Shown here piece after piece: positions 50,801 to 63,575 of a stretch of DNA of 64,000 bases. This DNA is from Carcharhinus amblyrhynchos (lineage: Eukaryota). Under the pieces are notes generated by a model. It was not told the origin of the DNA, searched no databases, and saw nothing but the letters and a program-made list of their open reading frames with translations. Position 1 is the stretch's first letter. Every line of letters begins with the position of its first letter. The DNA is taken from contig OZ336883.1 in NCBI GenBank assembly GCA_965287045.1, positions 20,584,001-20,648,000 on the forward strand. The letters run 5' to 3'. Position numbers and translations under genes: made by a program.

Positions 50801-50954
50801 CACAAGGTGAGCATGAGGGACAATTCCTCACCTGTTGAGGCATCAATGTGAGAAGCAGCTGATCCCTTTGTGTGAACTCCCACTTGGTGGCATGAGAAAC
50901 CCTGATCATTCAGTTCCCGGGAACTCAAAGCTCCCAGCTCCATGGACACCCATT

Positions 50955-51890
50955 CACCTCTGAGAAGGAGGACGAGATTTTTTCATAAATTCATTTTTGT
51001 TAAGGAGGGAATTCCAGGATTTTGACCCAGTAACAGTGAAGGAATGGCAACATATTTCCAAATCAGGATGGTGAGTGACTGGAGGGGAACTGCCAGGCGC
51101 TGGTATTCCCAGGTATCTGTTGCATCTTGATGTTCTAGATGGTAGTGATTGTGGGTTTGGAAAATGCTGCCTTCGGAACCTTGGTGAATTCCTGCAGTGC
51201 ATCTTGTAGATGGTACACTCTGCTGCCACTGTTCGTTAGTGATGGAGGGACTGTATGTTTGTGAAAGGGGTCCCAATCAAGTGGGCTGCTTTGTCCTGGA
51301 TGGTGTGAATCTTCTTTTGTGTTGTTGGAGATACATTCATCCAGGCAAGTGGAGAATATTCCATCACACTTCAGATTTGTACCTAGTATATCGAGGACAG
51401 ACTTTGGGGGGGTGGGAGGGGAGTGGTGGTAGTCAGGAGGTGAGTTATTTGCCACAGGATTCCTAGCTTTTGACCTGCTCTGGTAGCCACAGTATTTATA
51501 TGGCTAGTCAGTTTCTGGTCAATACTAATCCCTAGTCCCTAGTATGCTGATGGCATTGAATGTCACGGGGTGATGGTTAGATCCTCTCTTGTTGGAGATA
51601 GTCATTGCCTGACATCAGTCTGGTACAAAAGTTACTTGCCTCTTATCAGCCCAAGCCTAGATACTGTCCAGGTCTTGCTGCATTTGGACATCACCTGATT
51701 CAGTATCTGAGGAGTCACAAATGCTGCTGAACATTTTGCAGTCATCAGAGAACATCTTCATTTCTGATCTTCTGATAGAAGAAAGGTCATCGATGAAGTA
51801 ACTAAAGATGTCTGGGCCTTGGACACTATCCTGAGGAACTCCTGCAGTGATGTCCTGGGACTGAGATGATTGACCCCCAACCACAGACCC
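50955..51890 (-). mobile_element. CR1-group LINE RT and 3' region remnant
   Basis: VGGQSSQSQDITAGVPQDSVQGP..FIDDL..MFSDDC. Confidence 0.8.
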
Positions 51891-51910
51891 TACACACAAA
51901 CTGCTCACTA

Positions 51911-51943
<33 letters not shown>

Positions 51944-51960
51944 CTCACGCTACACACACA

Positions 51961-52151
51961 NNNNNNNNNNNNNNNNNNNNNNNNNNNNNNNNNNNNNNNN
52001 NNNNNNNNNNNNNNNNNNNNNNNNNNNNNNNNNNNNNNNNNNNNNNNNNNNNNNNNNNNNNNNNNNNNNNNNNNNNNNNNNNNNNNNNNNNNNNNNNNNN
52101 NNNNNNNNNNNNNNNNNNNNNNNNNNNNNNNNNNNNNNNNNNNNNNNNNNN
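51961..52151. other. Assembly gap (N run) flanked by CA-rich microsatellite
   Basis: N run in the sequence; (CA)n at about 51890-51960 and 52152-52325. Confidence 0.99.
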
Positions 52152-52789
52152 ACCACTCAAATGGACACACACAAACTACATGCTATTCACACACACCTTA
52201 CACTCACAACACACACTGTGCACACATTACGCATTCGCACACACAAGACACACACAAATACACAACACACATGTACATACTACTCACACATGTACTGCAC
52301 ATGCACACACACACACAACACACTCCAGCAGAGAGCACGTGATAACTCTCCACCTTAGCTTATCAGCTTACTGAGTGTGGAGTGGGAATTAAATGAAATC
52401 TTTCTACTCTGTATGGTTCAGTAATGTATCGCACAGTGGATTTAAATACTGAGGCATAAGTGGAAGATTTGAGCTCTAAAATTCTGCCATGCTGCTGCTT
52501 CTTGTGCAGTGTAATGTGGGAGAGACTGATGAAAACTTCAGAGAAATTACATCAATGCTCAGATACTGAGATTGAAAGCTCGCGTCTCACTGAAGTTACA
52601 CTGATAATCTTCTGATGTGATGGTTTGTACTGCTGTCTAAATCTGGCAAAGTCCACAGGGAATGATAGGTGTTGAAGGCTTTGATCCTGACTTCAAGGAT
52701 TCTGCTCAGACCATTTGCTGCCAGATATATCTACAGCAGTTTTTAACCCCTTAGACTGGCAGTGTAACAGGGAGTGGCAACACAGAGGG

Positions 52790-53650
52790 GGACAAGCTGC
52801 TCATGATGTCTTCACTCTGTGCCAGTCCTCTGTACATTGGAGCCACCATGACAGACCACAGGGTGGCTACTGAGTGACATGGGCTATCCACCAACTACCT
52901 GGCTTATTACTCTGTGTGCATCCCACTTCACATGGACAACATACGTGATAGAGAAGCCATGCTGTGTATCAGAATGTCATTGTGGGGCATAAACAATAGT
53001 TCCAATGGTACTAAGGAAATTTGGCTTGTCGGCTATGACTGTCACCAAATTCTACAGTTGCACCATAGAAAGCATTCTTCTTGGTTGTATCACAGCTTGG
53101 TATGGCTCCTGCTCTGTCCAAGACCACAAGAAACTACAAAGGGATGTGAACGAAACCCAGTCGAGCACTCAAACCAGCCTTCCATCCATTGACTCTGTCT
53201 GCACTTCCTGCTGCCTTGGAAAAGCAACCAGTTTAATCAAGGACCCCACACACCCCTGACATTCTCTCTTCCACTTTCTTCCATCAGGAAAAGGATTCAA
53301 AAGTCTGAGGACACGTACCAACTGACTCATGAACAGCTTCTTCCCTATTGCTGTCAGACTTTTGAATGGACCTACCTTGCATTATTGATCTTTCTCTACA
53401 CCCTAACTATGACTGTAACACTACATTCTGCATCCTCTCCTTTCCTTCTCTATGTACGCTGTGCTTTGTCTCTATACCGTGCACAAAACAATACTTTTCA
53501 TGGTAAACTAATACATGTGACAATAATAAATCAAATCAAATTGACAGCATGTCTATCATAAGGTGTTGCGCTTTGCTACATCCTACACAACCTCTCCATC
53601 TTGCAGGGGAACTGCCTTTGCCACAGTGGAGCAGGAGGAAGAGAGGAGAC
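52790..53650 (+). mobile_element. Degraded PIF/Harbinger transposase split by a Rex1/Babar-like fragment (53000-53540)
   Basis: HDVFTLCQSSV, GWLLSDMGYPPTTWLIT and SHA..NVI before the insert; CYILHNLSI after it (HARBI1-type motifs). Confidence 0.75.
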
Positions 53651-54495
53651 AGACAGCCATGTCCCCCTTCCTGGCCAAGTTGTCTTTGACAGCCTCACCT
53701 GGCCATGAACACAATCCTGAATCTCCATTTATCACTAATCCCTTTTCCTTTCTCTCTGGTACTGCCTGTCACAGCATGTCCTTGGTCACATTACTGAAAT
53801 AACAACTATAAAAAGGAATATTCCAAAATCAACTTTATAAATCAGAGCTTGCGATATTCCATGAACTAATCACCTTTGTGCATTTCCTTTATACCTGTTC
53901 TGTGGGTGTCCTTTCTTGCCCCTGGGCTGTGACACACTGCCATCCCACTGGCTGCAGTATGGCTGCTGGAAGGCTCCTTTCAGTGGGTGAGATTACAGAT
54001 GTTCTGGAGCCATGGCAGCCTTACTGGGAGACGTGGATACGGCTGAGACTGGGTGTAAGGTGTCCACACAAGACATCCCAACATGGAGGCCCCCTCACCA
54101 GCCAACACAGAAGGGCTGCACTAAGGATCCCTGAAGCTGATAATAACATCAGGTTTGAGGGGAAACCCAGCCTATAGCAAGATGGGACTTTGAACTTTCA
54201 TTCCTGTGACTTGGTCATTGGTCAGGGAACCTTTGGCTCCAATGCCCCCCTGTTCTGCACCTTGATTGAATGGGTGCCCTCAGGACTACGTGGAGGGACC
54301 ATTCTGCTGCAGGTAAAACAGCACCACTAGCTCAAAGTTCCTTCTAATTGTGGACCGAATTGGACTAATTGACTGCTTGCCCCCATGGAACAGACAGTGC
54401 ACCAGGTTCCCAGCGGAATATGACCTGGAGGTGGAATACATTGGGAAACAATCTGGATGCAGCTCCATGCTATTTTGCCTGCCATTCCACCTTGG

Positions 54496-54802
54496 ATGGC
54501 ACAGTGATTAGCACTGCTACCTCACAGCGCCAGGGATCTGGGTTCGATTCCCACCTAGGGTCAGTGTCTGTGTTGAGTTTACACATTCTCCCTGTGTCTG
54601 CACGGGTTTCCTCTGGGTGCTCCGGTTTCCTCCCACAGTCCCCAAAACGTGCAGGTTAGTTGGGTTGACCATGCTAAATTGCCCCTGAATGACAGAGCAT
54701 CTAGGAGGGTAAATACTTGGGGTATGGGTATAGGGCCTGGGTGGGAGTGTGGTCTGTGCAGACTCGATGGGGCGAATGGCCTCCTTCTGTTGGGATTCTA
54801 TG
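54496..54802 (+). mobile_element. HE1-type V-SINE
   Basis: Head, core and tail. Confidence 0.85.
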
Positions 54803-55664
54803 TTTCCACAAGGCCAGGAAAATCCAGCCCACTATAATTTGCGCCTTCCTCAGGCTGCGTGTACAAGCTGGAGTAAACAGCTGGCCACATTGCTGCCTGG
54901 GGCTGCCTGTCTGTCTTCCAGGCTTCACTATAAAGGTTGAAGCAGGACAGCAGAGAAACAGCCATTGTCAATTTGATTTGGATACATGGTAATCAAATAA
55001 GGAAGAATTCAAAAGTTTCTTTTATTGCAATCAGCTCATTAGTGAGAGCAATATTTCTAAATAAACACAGATATTGTCTAGTGAATTTAGATTGTGTGGA
55101 ATTGCCAAATAATGAGTGGATATTGCACCCTTAATCTGCTTAAAAGCAAGCACACATACACAGTAACTATTTCCATCCCAGCAGCCGACAAATAACACTC
55201 TATTTTGTAATCTGAAGATAATTGAAGTATTATTGGTATATTTTTTGATGTAATTACTGAATTACTCATTATTAAAGCACTAAAAGAATGAAATTTACCC
55301 TAACATAATAGTTAAAAATTACATTTCGCATTCAAAGCAACATCTGCTAGACCGGCACAATCCAAAATGATTAAGGGTCCTGGTTTCGGAGGGTCACACT
55401 AGCAAGAGTGGTGATAACAAACCCAGAGCAGCTGACAACAAAATTAGTTTTGGGCAGATGGATGGACTAACTAGTGGCTGTAGGGCTCACATTATCAAAC
55501 AGATATCACCATTGCCTTCCCTCGCAGAAAAATATTTTGTGTTTGTCAAGAATTCTTTAAGCAATAGAGTAAGACAGAGAATTGGATTGACAAGTCAGAG
55601 TGGATGGACTTCAAAAACTACAGTCATTAGAACTATAGAAATGCACTGTTGAAAAGGGTAGAGA

Positions 55665-56235
55665 ATCCTGTGGCGCAATGGGTAATATCCGTACCCCTGA
55701 GCTAGAAGCTCCGGATTCGAGTCCCACCACAGAACTTGATGGCCAGTTTGAAGTTTATTTATTAGTGTCACAAGTAGGCTTACATTAACACTGCAATGAA
55801 GTTACTGTGACAATCCCGTGTGTTCCTAACACGGCCAAAAAGGTTGAGTGTCAACTTGCAAATCCTTCCAAACACACCAATGGCTGGCAGTAAGTGTGCA
55901 AGACACTCCTGGTCAGCCATGATTCGCTGATCCAAGTTTTAAAGTTTATCTATTAGTCACAAGTAGGCTTACATTAACACTGCAATGAAGTTACTATGAA
56001 AATCCCCTCGTTGCCACACTCCAGCGCCTACTTGGGTACACTGAGGGAGAATTTAGCATGGCCAATGTACCTAACCAGCACGTCTTTCGGACTGTGGGAG
56101 GAAACTGGAGCACCCGGAGGAAACCCACGCAGAAACGAGGAGAACATGCAGACTCCGCACAGTCAATGACCCAAGCCAGGAATTGAACCCGGATCCCTGG
56201 CACTGTGAAGCAGCAGTGCTAACCACTGTGCCACC
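55665..56235. mobile_element. tRNA-headed SINE (55665-55925 +) containing a V-SINE tail fragment, followed by an alternative-tail V-SINE (55936-56235 -)
   Basis: A box TGGCGCAATGGG, B box GGATTCGAGTCCC; tail fragment at 55745-55815. Confidence 0.7.
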
Positions 56236-56834
56236 TGTAGCTAGCGAAACAGACAAATCTCTGCCACTAAGTGTGGCAACAGAATTGGAATAGTCTATAA
56301 AGAAGTCATTTGGCTTAATTACGTGCCCTATTCTTTCCCCAAAGCCCTGCAAAGTTTTCCTTTAACAATGTATATCCAATTCTGTTTTGAAAATTAATTA
56401 TTCAATCTGTTTCCAGCACCTTTTCAGACAACGTCTTCCAAATCACAACAGTATTCATGTAAAAGTACCTACCCTCACTATTCCTCTGATTCGATTGGCA
56501 ATTACCTAAACCTTCCCGATCTTCCTGCCTGTGAAAGTAGATTCCACTCATTTACTCCATCACAATTACTCTTGCTTGTGAACAAATTCATTGGGTAGAA
56601 TTTAATGCTCCCCGGGAGTGGATTCAGCATGATCGAGGCTACATGAGAGGGTGGATATCCTGCTTCCTTTCCGATTAAATGTGGATGGGATGGCTCAAGG
56701 ATATCTTCCCATCCAGAGTCCAATTCTAACTGTTAAATTGCAGATTATCCCACTTTGATATCTCATTTAATGCTCATTGTTAGATCATCTGAATGGCATT
56801 TTACATCTCGATGGAGATGGCATGAAGGATCTAA

Positions 56835-57119
56835 AATCATTAAATCCCTACAGTGCAGAAGGAGGTCATTTGGCCCATTGAGCCTGCCCTGAACAAGTAT
56901 CTCATCCAGGCTCAATCCCTGTAACCCCATGTATTTACCTGCTAGTCACCCTGACATTAAGGGGTAATATAGCATGGCCAATCCACCTAACCCCCACATC
57001 TTTGAACTGCGGGAGGAAACGGGAGCACCCAGAGGAAACCCACGCAGACACAGGGAGAATGTGCAGACTCCACACTGATGGTGACCCAAGCTGGGAATTG
57101 AATCCAGGTCCCTGGCGCT

Positions 57120-57164
<45 letters not shown>

Positions 57165-57198
57165 CGGCAGCAGTGCTAACCACTGTGCCACCATGCCA
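56835..57198 (-). mobile_element. V-SINE with a ~44-nt poly-G run at 57121-57164
   Basis: Head, core and tail intact around the homopolymer. Confidence 0.85.
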
Positions 57199-57825
57199 TC
57201 CCCTGAATCTGTTCAGTTAATCTCACCAATGTTGCTCTCCATCTTCCAAATGTTAAAGCTGGAACAGTTGGTTCAAAGAGCAAAGTTTTGTTTCGCATCA
57301 GCAATAATGAAGTGACAGCCTTGGAACAAAGGAAGCTCAAAGCCCACTCATCCTTTAATTTTCTCTAACAAATTCAGTTGTATTTTGGTTCAATGGATCA
57401 GCTTTCAGGGCCTTCTCTTTGATAACACTGCATTCTTAATTAGTGGCATTGTATCGCTAATAGAGCTGGAATGAACCTCAATTATATATGAAAGCTCAGC
57501 TCCGTTAGAAATGGTTTGCCACTTGAAAAACAGTTTATTTGTGATGTTTTTTGTAGGTTATTTTCTGTATTGCCGTGAATAGTTTTTTTAGTTTTAATTC
57601 TGCACCCACTTTCAACATCAAACAGCTCTGTGCTAAAAAAGGCAGTCCTTGTCAGACTTATGACACTATCAGTTCCGGAAAACCATATTGTAGGTTAAAA
57701 TGTCATAAGATGGAGCCAATTTTCCCACAGGAACAATGACATAAATGGGGGATTGGTTCCTGAGCCAAAGCCAGAAATCACTCATGGGGCGCCTGGCAGT
57801 GTAAAGTGCTCTGCTCTCTTACCCT

Positions 57826-58695
57826 AGAATCATAGAATCCCTACAGTGCACAAGGAGGCCATTCAGCCCATCAAGTGTGCACCGACCACAATCCCACCCA
57901 GGCCCTATTCCTGTAACTGCATATATTTACCCTGCTAATCCCCCCGACACTAGGGGCAATTTATCATGGCCAATCCATCTAACCCATACATCTTTGGAGT
58001 GTGGGAGGAAACCCACGCAGATACGAGGGGAACGTGCAAACTCCACACAGACAACGACCTGAGACTAGAATTGAACCTGTGTTCCTGGCGCTGTGAGGCA
58101 GCAGTACTAATCACTGGGACTCTGTGCCACCCACAAAGTACATCAGTGAACCAGGTGGGTTTTTAATGACAATGGTTTCATGGTCATCATCAGAATTTTA
58201 TTGAATTCAATTATCAACATCTGTTGCAGTGGGAATTGAACTTTGATCCCCAGAAAATTATCCTGAGTTTCTGTGTTAGTAGGATGGTGACAATACCACT
58301 ACTCCACCACCTCCTCTCAAGTTGCTGAGGCAACTGTGCATGTTTGCACGCCTCAGCACAAATTCCTTGGTAAGTGTGGGAGCTGGGTAGCATGGTGGCA
58401 TAATAGTTAGCATTGCTGCCTCACAGCACCAAGGATCTCGGTTCGTTTCCAGCTTGGGTCACTGTCTGTGTGGAGTCTGCACATTCTCCTCGTGTCTGCG
58501 TGTGTTTCCTCCAGATGCTCCGATTTCCTCCCACAGTCTGAAAGATGCGCTGGTTAGGTGGATTGACCACGCTAAATTCTCCCTCAGTGTATCCGAATAG
58601 GTGCCGGAGTGTGGCAACTAGGGGATTTTCACTGTAACTTCATTGCAGTGTTAATGTAGGCCTACTTGTGACACTAATAAATAAATTATAAACTT
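57826..58695. mobile_element. V-SINEs (57826-58131 -, 58388-58695 + alternative tail)
   Basis: Head, core and tail. Confidence 0.85.
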
Positions 58696-59024
58696 TAATA
58701 TAATGAGGCCATTGATCACTGTCAGTTGGCTGTTTAATCTTGAATTTCTGTGAGTCGGAGTGCATATTAAATACAACGTAAGCATGTAAATGCATTAAAA
58801 TTGTGATGATTGTGCCAAAAGTAATTTACCAGAACTAAACATTAGTTTCCAACAGAATAAAGGGAGGTCGACCTGTCCAGTTATATGGATGTGTGGCACA
58901 GGATATCAGTGCGTACATATGAATGTGCTGGTGTGGTGTCATTAAATAGAAACTGGTGTAAAGTCAAAATGGGGTGTCCATTTATAAACATTGTAAGTGC
59001 CTTTCGTCGTAACTCAAATGTCTA

Positions 59025-59365
59025 CATTTCTTGCTGCCATGGAAAAGCAGCCAGCATAATCAAGGACCCCACACACCCTGGACAGTCTCTCTTCCACCAT
59101 CTTCTGTCGGGAAAAGGATATAAAAATCTGAGGTCACGCACCAACTGACTCAGGAACAGCTTCTTCCCTGCAGACTTTTGAATGGACTTACCTTGCATTA
59201 CGTTGGTCTTTCTCTGCACCCTAGCTATGACTGTAACATGACATTCTGCACTCCCTTGTTTGCTTCTCTATGAACAGTATGCTCTGCCTGTAATGTGTGC
59301 AAGAAATGATACTTTTCATTGTATGCTAATACATGTGACAATAATAAATCAAATCAAACCGAATC
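59025..59365 (+). mobile_element. Rex1/Babar-like 3' fragment
   Basis: GKAASIIKDPTHPG..LLSGKGY; tail CATGTGACAATAATAAATCAAATCAAA. Confidence 0.78.
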
Positions 59366-60317
59366 AAAAATTCGGGTGCTGCCTGTATAGTGTTACAGTG
59401 TAAACTGCTGCATAATCTTATGCTCTATGACAGGAAAAGGTGGATTTACAAGATTATGACCCCAGACCAGGATTATAATCTCTTCAAGAAAATATATTGC
59501 TTTAACAAGGTAAGGGCTGGGAACTGTCTTGACTTCAAGTCTCCCCAGTTAAGGCCTCAAGATACCAGTTGAGATAAGTGATTGATCTCAGAGGGGATCA
59601 ATTGCTTTTACTACTGATATAATCCATGCATGGAAATAAAATCCTTCAAGGGTCTCCTGCTACTTTCCTAGGAGTGGCAGCTTAATCTTCAGGACTGTCT
59701 TTGGAACTGGAGCCACTGATGTGCCTGTACACAATAACTCCCTCTTCTGTGATTGGAGTCTATTGTTTTTCACACATCCCCTTTTCCTCAGATCTCAGCT
59801 CACTGAGATGTTATGCTTATTGTACAGCTTTGTATACTTATTGTACAGCTCAGAGGAACCTTTGTAATGTTAACTTGCCTTTTCCCCTTACAGATGATTC
59901 AATTTGCCAATACTTTCTGTTTTTACTTAAGCCATTAATGGCAGATTTGGTGACGTTAAACCCGACCTTGCTTTCTTCAGTCAAAGTTTCAAACACCTCG
60001 GGGATTGTGCTCAAAGACAAGGACATTCTAGGTCTCAGTTTCTCTTTGGGCAAATTGACTCTGTAATCTTCTTTTCCCTATCCATTATCCAAGTGTGAAG
60101 AGCTGCTGTAAGTTTTCATCGTTAAAATGGAATCTCTCATGGAAATGTCTCTTTTCTTCCTCTGTCCACCCTTCCCAAATCTCTGTTTAAATTGTTTTAC
60201 CCCAGTCTCTAACTCACTGTACTAGTGACTCAGTGTCACTCCACACTTTCTTTCCCATGGAACACTCTTCAAGTTCACCTAATCCCTGAAGTCCATCCCT
60301 TGTTCAATCATCTTCAT

Positions 60318-61470
60318 AGAATGGAATCATAGAATCCTCACAATACAGAAAACAGCCATTTGGTCCATCAAATCCGTACTGAGCACAATCCCACCCAGGC
60401 ACTATTCCTGTAATCCCACACATTTACCCTGCTAATCCCCTGACACTAGGGTCAATTTAGCATGGCCAATCAATCTAACCTGCATATCTTTGGACATTTC
60501 TTACAATGCAACTCCTGATGACTCAGTTACCCTCCCCCCCCATCCTATTGATGTCCAACTATTGTTGAATGTTTCATTTGCTCAAACTCTGACCTTTCCA
60601 AATTGCTGCAATGGCTCCTTTCTCAAAACTCACTCTAAACAGATGTAAAAACATATGCAACATTTGTTCAAATGTACTTCTGGTGGGTGAAGCTCTCTGC
60701 TGGGTACTCTAAATTGGAGTATTATTTTTCCAGTGGTTCACAGGGGAGTCAATACAACTTGTGTTATCTTGTAAGATATTTTATTAATGACCTTGAAAGA
60801 AGTAGGACATGTTAATGTTGTAATATTAGTAATATAAATTGGTACTTTGTATGTCTTATTTACCAGCAAAATAATTACAAAGAACCGTTATTTTCATAAT
60901 GGGCCTGTCTTCCTTAGAACTTCTGTCTTGTCCCCTCTCAAATTGTGTCAGGATTTTGCCCCTCCACTTTCTTATTAGAGATTTCCGAGTTAGTAAGGCT
61001 TGAGGGAAGGTTTAAATTGAGCGTCATGGTGGCACAGTGGTTAGCACTGCTGCCTCACAGCGCCTGGGACCCGGGTTCAATTCCAGCCTCAGGCGACTTC
61101 TGTGCGGAGTCTGAATGTTCTCCCTGTGTCAGTGTGGGTTTCCTTCGGGTGCTCCAGTTTTCTCCTACACTCCAGAGATGTGCAGGTTAGGTGGACTGGC
61201 CATTGCTAAATTGACATCTTAGTGTAAGGGGGATTAGCACGGTAAATATGTGGGGTTATGGAGAGAGCGTCTGGGTGGGATTGTTGTCAGTGCAGGCTCG
61301 ATGGCCAAATGTCCTCCTTCTGTCGGGTTTCTTTGGGTGGGATTTTATGGCTCGAGTGAGACCAGAAATTCCCACCCAAAGTCAACGGAGATTTCTGTTG
61401 TTGGACCCTCGCCCGCTCTGATTCTGTGGCGGGTGAGGTGATAGAGTTCCGGTGTACGATTCTATGATTC
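60318..61470. mobile_element. V-SINE 3' half (60318-60495 -) and V-SINE (61025-61325 +) with a small hairpin element inserted near its tail (about 61332-61452)
   Basis: Cores and tails; TTTGGGTGGGA..TCCCACCCAAA inverted arms at 61332-61380. Confidence 0.7.
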
Positions 61471-61894
61471 TTCTGCTATGAGTAAGCTCAATAGTGTGCC
61501 GTTATTGTGGAAAAATTGAATCTCAAACGAGGCTGGTCAACAAGAATGATTGTAAATCACCTTTTAGTTCATTTATGAGAGAGCGCTGACCAGCTCAATT
61601 AGTTTTGTAATAATAAATCAGAGATATCATACCTACTCCTACTTAATAAATCATTCAATGGCACATTCATTCAAACATCCCACAAAGAACTTCAAATATT
61701 AGTTGTTTTACAACAAACCCTCAGGAAATGGAACTCATAAATCTTTTTGAATTGCAATATCTCCAGCATATTGCTGCAGTTAAAGGATCTGCTGTTGCCC
61801 ACACCTGGCTACATTTTGGAGGATATATCATTTGATAGTCAAATACTCCCTTTGTGGGTTGAACACCTTTTGTCCAGGTGGCCAAGTGTCAAAT

Positions 61895-62600
61895 CTCTAC
61901 CCCACCTCAACCCCTTTGTTTTCATTTCATTTTATTTAATTTTTAATGCTCCCTACCTTTTATTTCTTTATTGTTCTTTATTTTTCTTCCCCCCTACTCT
62001 TTCCCTCTGTTTTATCGCTCCTTTTCTTACCTTTCATTCCCTTTTCTTACCTTTTCCCCTTTTTTCTCAATTTTACCTCTCTCCCGCCCATCTTCCTCCT
62101 CCCCCCCACATCTTCGTCAGTCAAAGTTTACCCTCTGATTTCAGCTTCTCTGCCATTTGGCCATTCTCTCTATTCTCTCTATGGGCTGCCATTAGCCATA
62201 ATGTTGAGATGCCGGCGTTGGACTGGGGTAAACACAGTAAGAAGTCTCACAACACCAGGTTAAAGTCCAACCAATTTATTTGATAGTAATCCTACAAGCT
62301 TTCAGAAACGGTGTTCCTTCGTCAGGTGTGTGGAAGTACCATGGGAAGCTCCCCATTAGCACCATAGAGAGCACTATAGAGTTTTTATGGCTATGACTCA
62401 CTCACCCTTAATTTCCTCACCCTACAGTATAACTATCTTACAACATCCTACAATATAAATACAGTATGAATATCTCCCACTTCTCTTGCCTTTTAGCTTT
62501 GACAAAGGGTCATCTGGACTCGAAACGTCAGCTCTTTTCTCTCCTTACAGATGCTGCCAGACCTGCTGAGATTTTCCAGCATTTTCTCTTTTGGTTTCAT
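61895..62600 (+). mobile_element. Penelope-like terminal region with a nested short Penelope-like insertion (62197-62352, 8-bp TSD CCATTAGC)
   Basis: Colinear with 28325-28805 except for the insert; hammerhead motifs at 62291-62330 (-) and 62495-62533 (+). Confidence 0.75.
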
Positions 62601-62939
62601 GAAAGTGTCAGCATGGTTCAATTGGCAATCCTGAGGATACGGTGAAGGTAGTTGGTTAATCTGAGGGTCTGTCAGCACTTTTAGCTGGTTAGTAAAGATG
62701 CCAAGGTGCTATTCAAGAATGAGAGTTGCCAGCCTCCCTCCAGTGAGTTAAGCAAGCAAACAAAATGGATCAACTTGTTGCTTGTCTCATTGTTGTGTGT
62801 GGGATCTTTCTTTGTCAACAACTCACTCCATTTCAAACGTTATGTAATGCACTTCATTAGTCTCTGAGAGATAGGACGGCAAATCTTTCTTTCTAAGTTT
62901 AAGACCTTTGCAAATCCAAAGGCAAGGAAGGTGGCAGAA

Positions 62940-63262
62940 TAAGTTGTCTGTTTGCTTAACAACACAATCCTGAAGGAATTGCGCTGCTTGGAACACAGCC
63001 ATGGTGGGAGGCCAGAAGGATTGTGGGAGTGCTTTACCAATGTTCTCAAGACGTCAAATGTCTCCACTGACTCATGAGAGTCCCAAGCCTGGGATCGACC
63101 AAAATGGAGAAGGTTCAATTGGAAGACTGAAAGGCTTCATCAGGAACATGCAGATGTGAAGTCGGGATGCCAGAGAGAGCAGACAAACCTCCAAACACCT
63201 CATCTACCCAAACCTTCAAGCACCATCTGTCTCACCAGTGGCAGAGTCTCTAGATCGCAGAA
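62940..63262 (+). mobile_element. RTE-clade LINE ORF C-terminal remnant
   Basis: NVLKTSNVSTDS*ESQAWDRPKWRR..STICLTSGRVSRS resembles the RTE end (WESLAQDRSKWR..C..CGRVC.S). Confidence 0.65.
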
Positions 63263-63281
63263 ACTATCAAACCCAATTAGC

Positions 63282-63575
63282 GCAGCACAGTGGCACTGCT
63301 GCCTCACAGCACCAAAACCTGGGTTCAAATCCAGCCTCAGGTTTCTGTGCAGAGTCTGCATGTTCTCCCCATGTCTACATGGGTTTCCTCCGGGTGCTTC
63401 AGTTTCCTCCCACAGTCTGAAAGGTGTGCTAGTTAGATGCATTGGCCGTGCTAAATTCTTCCTCAGTGTACCAGAACAGGCGCTGGAGTGTGACAACCAA
63501 GGGATTTTCACAGTAACATCATTGCAGTGTCAATGTAAGCCTACCTATGACACTAATAAATAAGCTTTAAACTTG
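63282..63575 (+). mobile_element. V-SINE with alternative 3' tail
   Basis: Core plus tail TGACACTAATAAATAAGCTTTAAA. Confidence 0.85.

Noticed and set aside
51826-52374. ORFs across the N run and His/Thr-rich ORFs
   Set aside because: Assembly gap and CA microsatellite
55665-55735. tRNA gene
   Set aside because: A and B boxes present, but it continues into a SINE body with a second diverged copy; no convincing cloverleaf
57121-57164. Poly-G run giving poly-Pro and poly-Gly ORFs
   Set aside because: Replaces a few bases inside a SINE; likely a sequencing artefact or simple slippage
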